A stretch of 64,000 nt of DNA from Paraspadella gotoi (GCA_051294375.1 CM119269.1:16949030-17013029), one strand, 5' to 3'. Counted from the first letter of the stretch, positions 43,143 to 56,660 are shown. Translations and numbers: made by a program. Notes: generated from the letters alone by a model not told the origin.

Positions 43143-43987
43143 CCTTACTTTTTCTTCCTCAATCCACGATCGACGTTGTTGTGGTTGTTGTTGTTGTTAT
43201 GATGCGGTCGTTGAGAAAGTTCATCTTTCAACTCTCACTTAAATTCCATTCGTTTGTTTTTTCTTTTCCCCAAAAATCTCTCTTCGATTTTTAAAGTTTT
43301 CAACTAATTAAACGTTGATAGAAGTTAAAAAAAAAACTCGGACGAGAAAATTTTTTTAAAAAGCCGAAAGAAATAAAAACCTCTATGGTTACGTAATAAA
43401 TTTGACATGTGATAATGAGGAAAGTGAACAAAATGTCAGGAAAATACGAAGCTCCTTGTAAAAATGTCAGAGTTTGTGTGAAAAATTTTAAAAAACTAGA
43501 GACAAGCGGAATGATGATGAAGATGGGGGGGGGGAAAAACCGCTAATGAATCATAAAAAGAGGAAAGAATAAGAACTAAACTTGGAAATGAATAAATAAT
43601 GAAATTAACTCGGAACATGATAGACTTCCGTCGATAGTTTNNNNNNNNNNNNNCGAGTCCAATGTGAAATCGGGAATTTAGAATTAGATCCTTTCTTTTT
43701 TTCCGTCGGGCGGAGGATGACCAACTGTCCATTGTGACCAATGACTCTCGCGTGCAATGACTATTGTGAAAGAAGACAACTTCATTGGCGTTTCTGAAAA
43801 ATTGTCTCCCTAAGAAAAAATATTCAATGAGGGAAAATTTTTTAACATGAAAAAAAATTTTGACTATGTAGAAGTCAACCTTTTATTTTTCTGTTATTTT
43901 TCTCTTTTTTTTACAATTTTTATTTATTTCTCCCTTTGAGTCTTATTTTTTATTCCCACCACCGAAGTCTTTTGTTTTTCTTTCCTG

Positions 43988-44034
<47 letters not shown>

Positions 44035-44038
44035 TTTT

Positions 44039-44109
<71 letters not shown>

Positions 44110-44305
44110 CTCCCGCTGTCGATATATTCGCAGCTGGCCTCCGCGCACGTGCATCGAGATTTTTTATTTTTTGAAAAGCAAATCGATGTCACGTGAACGT
44201 TTTGATTGCGATCTGTGAACTATGTTTTACTCCTTCAAGAATTCAAATACCTTTTTATAGCTTCTCACTCTTTTTTTTTTGTCTGTTTCTCTCTTCTCTC
44301 TCTCT

Positions 44306-44366
<61 letters not shown>

Positions 44367-46399
44367 TTCTCCTCTCATCTCCCCAACGACCCTTGACTTT
44401 TCGTTTTTTCTTCACTCATAACCGTCAAAAATGATTACGATTCACTCCGGAGGTCCCCGCCTTTTGTACCGTCGTCCTCGCAATCGTCATCGTCAGTCAT
44501 CGTCATCCTCGCAAATTAAAATATTTTTTTAAACGAGGATACAGTTATTGTGTACAGCTGAAATAAGTGAGATATCGTTCAACCAATTATCTATGAGTTT
44601 TTTATGAAATTGGTACAACCAATATAAAAATATATAATATATGGTTCTATATTACCTAAGCCAACCCTCAACGCACGAAGCGTCTTAAAAAAAGAATCAC
44701 CTGCCAAAATATTTTCGATGTAAACAGCGACTTGCATTCGTACTGATCGAGATTTAAAGAGTCGACAGCCGCCACTCCTTTCAAAATTCAAACATTTCGT
44801 TGAGGCGCCGAGTCTGCAAGGTCGATTTTGCGCGCGTTTTTTCTCTTCTGAATTTGGAACCCTTTTTGTTCTAGAGGCGCCATTTAATTGTCTTCTTTCT
44901 AATTCACTCGGCCTTTGTTTTTCCAAGAATGAATTCACCTTTTTCCTCTTCAAGATTCTTCGTATTGCTCTCTCATCTCAACTACTTTTTGTCCTCTCCT
45001 CCCAACTCTTTTTGTCCACTCCTCCCAACTCTTTTTGTCCACTCCCCCCAACTCTTATTCTTAACGAATCTTTCCTTTTTTCTTCACTCCTACCAACGCT
45101 CATATCCATCCCCTCCTATCCACTCTCTTCACCTTCCTTTCCCCTCTCTTCTCCACTCCTTTGTCCCCTCCTAAACGCGGTCTCTGTTCGAGTGGCTCGT
45201 AAAATTTTGAGATTCGTCCTTGGACGCCAAGGATCCAGGTGATCGTTCTGCCAAAGTTCCTCCTTTCTCCTCCTCTTCTTTCATTCCCTCTCACCCCGTA
45301 CCCCCCCCCTTATACCCACTCCCATTCTTCAACCACCCTCCACCAGCTCCACCCACCACGCTCTCGCAATTCGTCGCGATGTTTACGCATCGCCGACGTC
45401 TGGATACAAAGGAAAACCCGATATAACGAAATTAAATGATACTTTAAAGTTTAAAAATCAATTCCACGTCAAAACGAAAACGACATTTTCATTTCGGTTT
45501 TGCACGATAATTCTGTTGTCAAATGAAAAATTGAATTTAGAAACGAAAAAAAAATCGTTAATTTTTTCAGAGAGCGATGAAATAGTGCGAATACTAAATT
45601 TATTATTTGCGGTGAAAAACACTGTTGCCTCATATATGCGCCGTTCGAAAATATAAAAAATGTTTTTTATTAGAATGGACCGCAAAAACATGGTAAGGGA
45701 CAAAGACGTTCTAAGACGCTGATCAGATTAACCAATCATCAAAACGTCACAGTTAAACATGACATTGTCAACGACGAACGTCATCATGAGAACCGATAAG
45801 ATTCTTCCGTCTTCTGTCTCATAATCTCATTCCGTTTCTGTTTGATCAGTATTGATGTTAGATTTTGTGAGATTTCGTGCATAAAAGAGGTTCTTTGTTT
45901 TTCTACGTACAGGTGGGTTCCTAAAAGCTTGCACAGTTGCCCACTGCTCAGGGTTTAGTGAGATAAACAAAGGCGGCATTAATGAGTTTCGCAAGAACAT
46001 CACGAGCTGGCAAGTCTGTTTAAATCTCGTACAAATAAAGAAGTCGTTTTTTTAAACTTTAGCTTTCGAGAAAGCTCACCAGTAGCTTAAAACCTACGAA
46101 ATGAAAAGTTTAGAGAGCTAATTGAAAGCAAAATAAAGCAGAGCATAATAAATTATACTCTGCGCCTAATGATTTCGTATTGAAAAGCACTGTCTTTTGT
46201 TTGGAGGTACCGCTTTAGTTTCCCGTTTCACACGTCTCACAGGTCCTTTTGAACAAAAGCTTCTTTAGCTTTAACAGTATAGTTTATTGTGTATATATGG
46301 TTATAATTTAATATAATCTTTACTAAAATCTATGGGATAAGACGAAGAGAGAATAATATATAGTATGTAGAGGATATGGCAGATCAACAGTCGTTTATA

Positions 46400-46561
46400 A
46401 GGGGTTAGCGCGTACGCAGACCCCACTATCACAAATTATGCTCCCGAGTTTCCCACATTTGGGGAAATCGCAAGGGTCAGCCCAACCGTAGTGCAATGGA
46501 AGGGCCTCGCCCTGGGGGAACCTCCTTGCTGATCAAGGTATCCCCTGAGCCAGGTAAGTAT
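46400..46561 (-). ncRNA. RNU1: U1 spliceosomal snRNA
   Basis: Starts ATACTTACCTGG. SL1 loop GATCAGCAAG, SL2 loop ATTGCAC, SL3 TTTCCCCAAATGTGGGAAA, Sm site ATAATTTGTG, terminal hairpin GGGG..CCCC; ~162 nt. Confidence 0.97.
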
Positions 46562-47509
46562 GCCGTTATTGAGCAAATTCGTGATTCTCATTCTGCGACG
46601 AAACATGATCACTTAGAGAAAATGAATCGTACTATTTGGAAAATAGTTCCGGTGAAATAAAAATTAAGAAATTATTTTGTAATATTTGGTAACAGTATGG
46701 TTTATTAACAATTTTATTTTATTTTGTTTATAATTAGCAGTAATTTAATTGTTTACTGGGTAGTATTTTATATATAAATCTTTGATTTATTGCTGGTGAT
46801 TCGTTGCTTTGGATCACTATGCAAATTCAGCTTGAGTCTGAGGCTGTTGCAAAAACAAAAGATTGGCTTTGATGTGGCTTTTATAGAAGTTCGAATTTTC
46901 TTGAATGAAAAAAAAATGAGACCGTATATTCTTACTTCTCGACATTAGAACTTAATTTGTAAATCGCTTCAGCGTCATTTTTTTCCTTTTTTTTTTTGGT
47001 CCGTCTTTTTTTTCCTATCTTCTCCCCTCTCCTACTAGGAGCTTTTATTTCATTTCTTACTAACAGCATTTTAGTTCAGATTCCTATTGATTTATATAGA
47101 GATTTTCTATTTTGTCTGCACCCACCTATTTTTAACTTGCATCGCTTTTTGTAATTGATTTTGCTAATTTTTTTTATAGTTAAGCAAGTGCAGTCCCGGT
47201 GATAGAGATACTAATTATTTTAACTTTTTGGCCTTTTAATCTATTAGGTTTCATCATGTCGTACAATTGTCTATTGTACAATCGTTTTCATCCCCGTCCA
47301 CAACTCGGGTACGTAGATTTTCGAAATTTAATATTTAGGCATTTTCTCAAATTCTACTCAATTAAAAATATTTGGGGGTGGTAGGATCAAAGGTCGGCAA
47401 AACTGATATCTCTTGCAGGTTTGAGCGGTTAGAGTTTGGTTGTGTAATCACTTTTAATTTTTCTATTTTTTTTCGAAATAAGGAGAAAGGACTTTTTTTT
47501 CAACTTTTT

Positions 47510-47549
<40 letters not shown>

Positions 47550-48477
47550 AACCTGGTTTCGAAAATGCCCCTATTGCGCAATATCCCTCACCTTGACTCT
47601 CACCCTCCTTCAGTTTCGATGGACTCTACCTCCCATCCTCTTGGCGACCGACCTTTCGAACTCCTTCGTCGACGACTCATCGCGACGACCGGCCGGCCAA
47701 GCGGCGAGACCGGCCAACTCGTAGGGGGGACTCGGCCCGGCCGCCCACGTGAACGGCGGATGTCCTCTTTAAAAGAGTGACATGGGAGTTACGAAATAAA
47801 GTATCGTTCTGAGTTCGGCTTAAGGACAAAAATGGCCGCTTTGAGAAGCCTTCTCTCGATCCAGGAACCGAGACGCCATGTTAGTTTAAAATCGGTTTGA
47901 CTCATTTGAACAAATATCAAGTTAGATATAAATAATAAGCGGGAGACGAACAAAATGGGATACATTAGTAAGAGGGAGATCGGACACGATCAAAAGTGTT
48001 GTGACTCAATTATAGAAAGAATTTGATTTCGTTTGTACAATTTCGTATACTTCCAGGCATCAGGTTTACTGACACCAGATTTATTATGCTTCAAATGCAC
48101 CTATATCGAGTTATTAAAAATCCGAAAATAGTTATAGCGTTTAAAATTTATCTTGACTATTTATTGAATTTTACTAATTGCAATGCCCGACTACAAATAT
48201 ACGAAATATAACACACAATAAATTTCCTAACTTACGCAAATAATTTTTAATAACTTTTACGTAATATTGAAGTAACGTTGAATCAGCCGGGAAAATTCCA
48301 GCCGTTAATCTTTGTCCTCGATGCGGATTTCAAAGGTCACGAGGTCGCCGCCATCGCCGACGAATCTCATCCGTGCCATTCGTAAACCGGGTGCCAGATT
48401 CTTTATCGAAACCTCGTTTAAGAGGTTTCGTTGCTCTATTAAACTGGGTCAACCTCGGTTCCTCTCTTCCTATCTCC

Positions 48478-48508
<31 letters not shown>

Positions 48509-48516
48509 CTCTCGTC

Positions 48517-48554
<38 letters not shown>

Positions 48555-48567
48555 CCTCTCGGGGGGG

Positions 48568-48574
48568 TATAAAA
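48568..48574 (+). promoter_or_regulatory. TATA box of the GNMT gene
   Basis: TATAAAA flanked by G-rich sequence, just after a (CT)n tract and ~160 bp upstream of the ATG. Confidence 0.6.
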
Positions 48575-48733
48575 GGAGGAACTGGTTTCATTCTCCAGCA
48601 TTCGAGCCGATTAGTGACGAAATTCTGGCGTCTATTGCTAGCGAAAGATATCGCAGCCGTAATTCTTTTCACACCGAACATATTCTAATCATTGTTAATC
48701 CTAAGTATCCCGAGTATCCTTAATTACCGCAAG

Positions 48734-50731
48734 ATGGCGCCAATTCAAGCGGAATCGCAGACGATGGAGATTTTCGGAGGAAAACCGGCGAAAGTGGATT
48801 CGAGAGTGATGAAGGCGAAGGCGGCCGCCTTGACGAGGCGATCCAAGCAGGAACGCTCCTCCAGCATTTCCGCGCCGGTACGAGAGGGTCGACGGTGTAT
48901 TCGTGCCTCGATTGCAAACGAAAGTCAAAGAAAGACTCTTTCTAATTTCCTCGTCCTCTCCCGCCCCCCCCCCTCCCTTCCACACTCCCCTCGCCGCCGT
49001 GGACAGGATCAGTACCGCGACGGAGTGGCCGCCAGCGTCTGGGAGCACTACATCGGCGAGGATCGGGAGAGTCGATACCGCGAATGGCTCATCGGAACCC
49101 TCAAGCAGCACCACGCCGTCAAGGTGCTCGACGTCGCCTGCGGGACTGGGTGAGTTTGAAGGCTGAGGGACGGCGGGGAAATTCGTGTGAAAGGGGGAAA
49201 AGATCATGGGTGGACGATATTACGTACAAAAAAAGATACCAGCCGAGTTAAATTTTTCATTTACCTAATTTAAAGGTGTGTACTGTGTAGTTGTTTTCAT
49301 ATTGACGAACTATTTTTATAGTTATATTGGTAGTACTAATTTCATATTATTAAAAATGGTGCAGCTTGACAACAACAAATAACTTTTCATACTTGTGTAT
49401 TCAAAATTTTAGTTTCGCTTCCAAAGACTTGGCCGTTTTTATTTCGCGTCTATTTTTCTTTAACCAGCGTTGATTCTCGAATGCTGGTGGAGGCGGGATT
49501 CCAAGTCACATCCTGCGATTTGAGTCTCGAGATGTTGAACAAGGCGAGGGTCATTCGCAGCAAGAAGGGGCTCGAGAATTGGGGTAAGTCATCGAGAGAA
49601 GGAAGTTAGTGCAGTATTTTATTCTATTCATCTATTCTCCTTTGGTCTCCACAGTTATCCGCCAGGCGGACTGGTGCAGGCTTCCAGATCAACTCGGGCC
49701 CGACGTCTCCCACGATTTCGACGCCGTCATTTGCATGGGCAACTCCTTCGCGCATCTGCCCGACGATCTCGACAAGCAAAAAAAGCAGCAGCTGGTAAGG
49801 TTTTAAAAACTTAAAACATAGTTGTTATCTAGTTTGGTTTGTTTCGTTTTTTGTTCGTTTATCATTGTTTCAAAATTAAATTGCATTAAAATCATATTAA
49901 AAGAAAAAAAATCTTGCTATTAAAAAATAATGGTATCAAAATTTTATGGTTCCGCCTCTTCACTCTGCAGGCCATCTCCAATTTCCGAGAAATGCTTCGC
50001 CCCAACGGAATTATGATCGTGGATCATCGCAACTTCGATTATATCGTCGCCAACGGAAAATCGCCGGCGCAGAATATTTATTACAAGGTGAGGAAGCGAT
50101 GTGTATGTACAATTGTACATTGTATGTACATTGTATGTACAATGTACAATCTTACATCAATCAATCAATCAAAAAAAAAAACTAACTAGAAAATACATCT
50201 GATTAAAACTAAGGGCCTATAGTAATCATGAAATCATCTACGTTCTTCCCCAGTCCTCCTGGGAGACCGAGGTATTGACGTCCTTCGAGCGCGACCCTTC
50301 CGGTTCGGTGACGAGCGTGGTCCTCGACTACTCGATGACCGTGCCGCACGAAGTTCAGTCGCAGATGATGATCGATCTGGACGAATCCGACGACAAGATT
50401 AGTTTCAGGGTAGGGACAGTACTCTTATTCAGAATTGTACATTCTGAAAACAAAAGCTAACGATATTTATTTTAAAGTCTTGTAAATGATGATTTCCAGT
50501 CATTTTCTTTATTTTTTTCCTCAGTTGACTTACTTTCCGCATTACTTGACGAGTTTTACCCGCCTCCTCGGCCGAGTTTTCGAATTTTCCGAGTCCTCGT
50601 CTCCTTCGGGCCACGAAATTTTCGGGGATTTTATGCCGCTTGAGAACGCCACCAATCCCGCTTACTACATCCACGTTGTCAAGAAACAAAAGAACACTCG
50701 CTCAGATTCTTTCGAAAGTGTTGAGCGTTAA
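48734..50731 (+). CDS. GNMT: Glycine N-methyltransferase, 7 exons (48734-48877, 49007-49149, 49468-49583, 49655-49794, 49971-50087, 50254-50409, 50525-50731), ~340 aa
   Basis: All introns are GT-AG and phase-compatible. Motifs [65 protein letters not shown] and YYIHVVKK match animal GNMT. Confidence 0.93.
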
Positions 50732-51541
50732 ATCTGAAAAAAAAATTTCTCAACTTTCTCACAACCTTTATCTGATATGCTATTTAAATGTCTTAAATGA
50801 TCTAATTTATATTTATGTTGCAAAGAACGTAATAGAAATGAATGTATGGCCAACTTGATTGTTGCTAGTGATTATTTCCTCTTGCAACAGGGTACCTATT
50901 TTCGAACTATCGATCTTCTTTAAACTATAATCTAATTTATATTTAATACTGATTAATTTGCTTGTTTAAGGGCTTAAGGGTTTTTTATAGAGATTAAATC
51001 ATTTCGTTTATACGGTGAGGCTTTTAAGCTTGGGCTGGCAACTAGCATGCATCTGGCTAAAGATTATTGAGGATTTTAAATCAAACTTTTTCACAGCTTC
51101 AAACTTTCTCATTGTTTGTTTTGGCAACAGGGCATCCATGATCGCCCTTAGTTATTTTGTAATGACGCATTTAGCTTTTCTTGACTTTTTGGTGTTATAT
51201 GTTATGCCAAGGTCGATAAGGTTGAGCTGCCGTCAGAATAATCACTTCTCTAAATTAGAGTCTAATTATTAATTTTTCTTTACTCTGCACTAAATCTTGA
51301 CGTAGTGGCAGCTTAAACGCAAATCGGTGATATTTTAGGTCATTAATTGCGCTTATGAATGATTGTGACTACTCGCTAATCACTATGCTATATTCTATGA
51401 GGCAAGGCGCTCAATTAGAATTTTCAATTATTGTTTTCAGTAAAATCATGAATTACACTTTTTAATTACAGCGTTACGCGTCATTCAATTTTTTTTTCTT
51501 TTTTAACAATTTATGATTTTTTTAAATTCATTTTTGCTTCA

Positions 51542-51791
51542 ATGATATGGACTTGGGAAGAAATTTTGTGGTACCTTATGACCGCGCCTTTTTATGTTCT
51601 CCTGTGGTTAGCGTTGGCGGTAACCAAACTCAAACAACTAATCTTAATAAAAATTCAAATATTGTTATTCAACTATTCGGCCATTTTTGTAGTTTATTTT
51701 CGTGATAACCGACGGAGAGATCAATCATTTGTGGGCTCCGCTTTGGTGGATCTGGCTGAAAGAATGGTATCACTATTTCACGGGACTTTAA
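51542..51791 (+). CDS. Candidate 58-aa Trp-rich membrane microprotein (exons 51542-51619, 51693-51791)
   Basis: A 73-nt AT-rich GT..TAG intron with CTAAT gives MIWTWEEILWYLMTAPFYVLLWLALAFIFVITDGEINHLWAPLWWIWLKEWYHYFTGL*. AATAAA at 51856-51861. Confidence 0.5.
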
Positions 51792-52347
51792 GATCGCTAA
51801 CCGAAGAATTTAATGAGTCTGATAAAATGTTAAGTTCGTGGTAAATGTACTCGCTAATAAAGTATATTATCGGTTCGATTGGAAAATTTGTCTTACTTTA
51901 TTGTAACCATTCCAATTAGAATCACGGAATTTACCCAATGCGCTAGATACGAGGTAATTATTTCTAAAATCCATAAATAGCAAAATGTTAATATGTGTCG
52001 CTTCAAATAGAAGTTTATAACAGGTGCGGTAGTTTTCGAATTTTTTAAAACAAACATCCAGATAAAATCTCCAAAACGTCTCATGTCATGAGGACGGTAA
52101 TACAACAGTAATTTGAAAATTAAAATTTCAAGCCATCGTCACAGTAACTAATGCATCAAACATTAAAAACATCATTTTACAAATTACAACATTATTTTCT
52201 ATCACAAATACAGCGCGCGGTCAAGAGAGATTGAAATGACATCGCTAAGTATAAAATTGAAGAGGATAACAATGAATACCAAAACGAATTGCTGAGTAAG
52301 AATGAAAACGACAGCACCAAGCCGACAACAACGACAAATCAAGATGA

Positions 52348-54643
52348 CTAGAGAATGACGAATAGTGACGCCGCGAAAATGACTAGAAATGACGTCGCTC
52401 GCCAGACGGGCGCAGCCAGCGGAGACGCCGTTCCGGAACAGGCGTCACGAAAGACATCGCAGTCCTCGTCACCTTCCACGCAGGTTAGCAGTTTGACGGA
52501 GCGGGCATCCTCGACGATCCACTGGCGCAAGAGCCGACGCCAGCACAGACGGCGTCGCTGTTTCGGCGTTAAGTGTCGCCCAAGTTTCTTATCCTCAGTT
52601 TTGTCGTCGTTGACGCAATTATCTAGAGACGACGACGGCCCCGTCTCCTCGAACGGCGTCACCAACCCGTCTTCTTCGGGCGCCTCGTCTCTGCACTGCG
52701 GCGCTAAATTTGGCGCCATCATTAAGAGTCCGGCGCTGATCGGCGCGCCGTCTCGACCCGTTAAAGCGCGCACCTCCAGAATGTTAGGCGCCGCTCGACC
52801 CGACGGCGTCGTCGACGTCGCCGGCCAATGAAATCGAACGACGCCGGCGCCGGAGGGCGACCAGTTGTAGAGGGAGTTGGAGGAGACTTCGCAGCCGAAG
52901 TAGCTGGTGGGGGAAGTGGATGGGGGGAGAGTGAAAGGGGGAGTAGTGGGAGGAAAGGGAAGGAAAAGTAAGTTAAATTTGTATAGTATTTGGTAGCTCC
53001 ATGCTGTTGCAAAAGATTTGTGTAGAATCACTGCATCACTGATATGCCGCAACCATTTCCGCCACTCACAGCCGTATCTCCGCAGGATCCTCGGCGTCGA
53101 ACTCGGCGAGCGACTTCCGGCGCCGATCTCGCAGTTGGCGCCGCAGGAAACGCGAGTCCAACGCAACGCCGGAGACGACAGACGGCGCCAGAGGAGAGGC
53201 GCGCCGGCAGATGTCGAAAGAGGCGGCGTCGCGGGCGTGGAGGAGGAGGACTGAGAAAGAGAAGGAGGTGGAGGAGGAAGCGGTGTGGGCGGAGGATATA
53301 TCGACGCACTGGAGGGCGGTGGAGTTTGACCAGCAGAGGATGTCCTCGAATGCGTCCATGTGACCCCAATTCCATTCGGAATCCGTGCAAAGGTTCTGAA
53401 AGGACGGAAGCAACAAATTAGATAGTATTAAGTACTACTCTCTTAGAGAGAAAAAAATTAAACGTATGTTTTTGAAACTGAACTGTAATTGAATTTTTCA
53501 ATATCATTTTCATTGTATAATTTGAAAAAAAAAACTGTTTATGTCAACTCATCATTTTATTTGTATTGATGTCTCAACAATCAAGTAAAGAGTTTTTTTT
53601 TTGAAAGAAAACGAAAATTCGTTATTTTAACAACAATGATTTGTTTTATTCAAATGCTGAAGAAGACTCGAAAGTCATAGAGTCGAAACGTGTCCGATTT
53701 AAATAAAACAAATCATTGTTGTTAAAATAACGAATTTTCGTTTTCTCTCCGAACTATTTAGTCTATATCATTCTAATCGAACATTTTTCATCTTCAGAAA
53801 CAAAACCTCTTTAAGCATCCCACCTCCGTCGCGACGATCTCCTCGACGCTCCCGTCGGCGCCGTCGACTCCGATGAGCGCGAATTCGCATTTGGCGACAA
53901 GCCCGTCGAGACGATACCGTCCGAGTTGGGTGAAGAAGAGAAGGTCGGAGGTGGAGGAGGAGGAGGAGGTGGAGGAAGAGGCGCCACGCGACTTGGGCAC
54001 CACCACGATCTCGATCCCCGCCTTCGGGACGATCTTCTCCGTCGACGACGCCTGGCGGTGGCCGCTGCCGCCGAAGGTCCCGAAGCCGCCGAAGCCGCGG
54101 CGCCGGAATTCGTCGTCGTCATCGTCGCCGTGGGCGTGGCTGTCGTGGGCGTCAAAGTTTCCTGGGAAATGAATTGAGAATTTTGGGTCAAGACAGCTTT
54201 TTTTATCTTTCGCCGATAAGATTCTTAAAGATAAACTATTAAGCTATTAAACTATTTCGTTTTCTGGAGGTAAACTGTAAAATAAAATAAAACACACATT
54301 TTGACGGACATCAGCGGTGATTTTTTTTTTTTTTTTTTAAATCAATTGATCTATTCGTAGAAGTAAAACCCTTTAATGTTTCAATTTTTTTTTCTTTTAG
54401 ACTGATTTTAATGTTTATTGAGAAAAGTAGAAAAGGTCAATACGGAACTCAACTCGTTTCGGAAAGATTCGCATCTTCCAGGAGAAAGTAAGACTCAAAG
54501 TCCCCAACTCTCAACGTCTCTAAACAAGTGGATCTTTTGTTCGGGAAATTTCCTTTCTTTACCAAAGTACTCAACGTCGATGGGGGAAGTCGCCTCAATT
54601 CGCAACGTCGGTTCCATTCTCTCCCGTTCTCTTCACTGGGCAT
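52348..54643 (-). CDS. Uncharacterised protein with GPI-anchor-like C-terminus; exons 54454-54643 (or acceptor at 54635), 53824-54161, 53070-53395, 52348-52903
   Basis: Four GC-rich exons with phase-compatible GT-AG junctions give ~469 codons ending ..CSGTASPLAAPVWRATSFLVIFAASLFVIL*. No family recognised; true 5' end uncertain. Confidence 0.7.
53603..53749 (+). ncRNA. Minimal type I hammerhead ribozyme inside a ~50-bp inverted repeat
   Basis: CTGAAGA (53657-63), A, stem II GACTC/GAGTC with a 10-nt loop, GAAA (53685-88), then CGTGTC with predicted cleavage after C53694. Arms 53603-53656 and 53695-53749 form an extended stem I. Confidence 0.8.
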
Positions 54644-54960
54644 GACGGAGGAAAATTAAAAAGGGCCACTGAAGTTAAGGAAGCGACTCGACGAGGAATG
54701 GAAAAGAAGAGGATGATCGTGAAGAAGAAGGAAGTGTTAAGCGGAAAATAAGGCGATCTGATTTCGAATTGGTAACGAAAGAAAAGCTACGATCTTGAAA
54801 AGGGAGGAAGAAAAATATTACGTATGAATAAGAGGAAAACCAAACTTGAGTAAAGAAATAGAGAAATAAAAAAGAACGAAAGAAATAGAGAATGTTAAAA
54901 AGAAACGAAAAAAAAAAAAAAAAAAAGAAAGAGTAAAAAAGGAAAGAAAGAAGAAAGAAG

Positions 54961-54991
<31 letters not shown>

Positions 54992-56660
54992 AGAAAGAAG
55001 AAAGAAAGAAGAAGAAAGAAAGAAAGAAAAAACCCATAAAGCAAAAAAGAGCTCTCCAAGCTCGTTTAGATCTCTATAGAGATATTCTTAATTTGTTAGA
55101 GAGACATGCAGAAGTGATGAAAAAGAAATGGAAAAGGGAGGAAAGGGAGACATAAATTGAAAGACTGAGAAAGTACTGACTTTACAAGATAGAAATATAG
55201 AAAGATAGATAGAAAGCGAGTCTGGGAAAGTCGAAAGAGAGCGTGAAAAGTAGCATAGCTAGCTAGTTGTTGCAGAGAGAGCGAGCGAGAGGGTGAAAAA
55301 GGAGAGCGAGACACTCAAAAGGAAATTCGCGGAAACATGATCGGAATTCGCGCTGAGGGAAACCCGGAGAGTCAAGCGGGAAGAAAGAGAACGGATGGTA
55401 GAAACTAAAAACCAACGGCTTCTGCCAGTAAAATACTGCACTATAGGTATATAGGTTAAAGTTATATTTTAAGATAAAAATAAAAATAATGTTCTTTTGC
55501 GATAAGGTTTATAGAACACTCATAACTTTGGTCGTATTAAACAATGATTGTTAGATTTTAGAGTTTTTAAGCTGTACTCAATCACCGACGTCAGTTATAA
55601 AAAATAAAATATTCAGAATCTTCAATAAACATACATACGCGAACGTCAACGTGAATAGCGAAACAATACAAGATAAATAAATAAAAAGCTCGCATCTGAT
55701 AACGTCGTTCTAAACAAGCACTCCCTCTCTCTCTCCCCTCTTCCACCCCAACTTTCCCCAATAAAGACGTCAAATTCCATCGGCTGAGACTCAGTTGATT
55801 TATCTCGGTTCCATCTTTTGGCGTTTCTGTAATTTTTTCGGGGAATTCGTTATCCATTCCTATTCTCCTTTATCACCGCTGCCTTCGCTCTTCGCCGAAT
55901 TTATCCAACTCTGTCTATTTTATAGTCGCCGCAATCACTTGCTCAGGGTATCTATCCTCTTTACAACTCGGATTTTTTTTTTATCACTGCAGCTATCACA
56001 TTCACTATCAATTGGTTGCCACGGCAACCAAGTCAACCTCTTTTCGGTCATATTTTCCAAGTTTTTTAAGTTTAGGTTATGGACTCGGTTTCGAGAGAGG
56101 TTGGAGGATAAGTTTAATGAACAATGTTATGGATCCTGTTACGGATTAGTGTTAGATTAAAGATTTGGTAAGAGATTATAATTCGATGTTAAGGTTAGTA
56201 ATGAGATTAAGGAACCGAAAAATAGTCTGTATCTGTCTCTGCCTTTACATTCAGCACACAGTTGATATTACATATTACGGATTGACACATAACACTTTTT
56301 ATTTTTCGAAACAGCTGTGACCTTCTTTTTTTTTTCTTTTTTCATAAACTTTACAGTCGTTTCAGTGTTCAGTGTTTCTCTCTTATTGTATCCCCAGCGC
56401 CATTACATTTCATTACAATCATAAGTTAATTAATTAATTCATTCCTTCATTAATTAATTAATTCAATCATCCATTCACTTCTGATTAATTACCATCCCTC
56501 CAAAAATTTTGACTTCCGATTATTGCTTCTCTTCCGTCTAATCCTTCTCACCGACGGGAGTTCAATTCTTCCCCTTTCCGCCACCTTGTACGCCAACCGC
56601 CAGAGGCGCTAATTAGTCATTCTCTACGGAACTAAACTGGTTCTGACGTGACCGCCATTG

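Noticed and set aside
47610-47780. GC-rich GGCCGGCC stretch as an HDV-like ribozyme or extra GNMT exon
   Set aside because: I could not build the P1/P2/P3/P1.1 pseudoknot or a convincing splice to GNMT.
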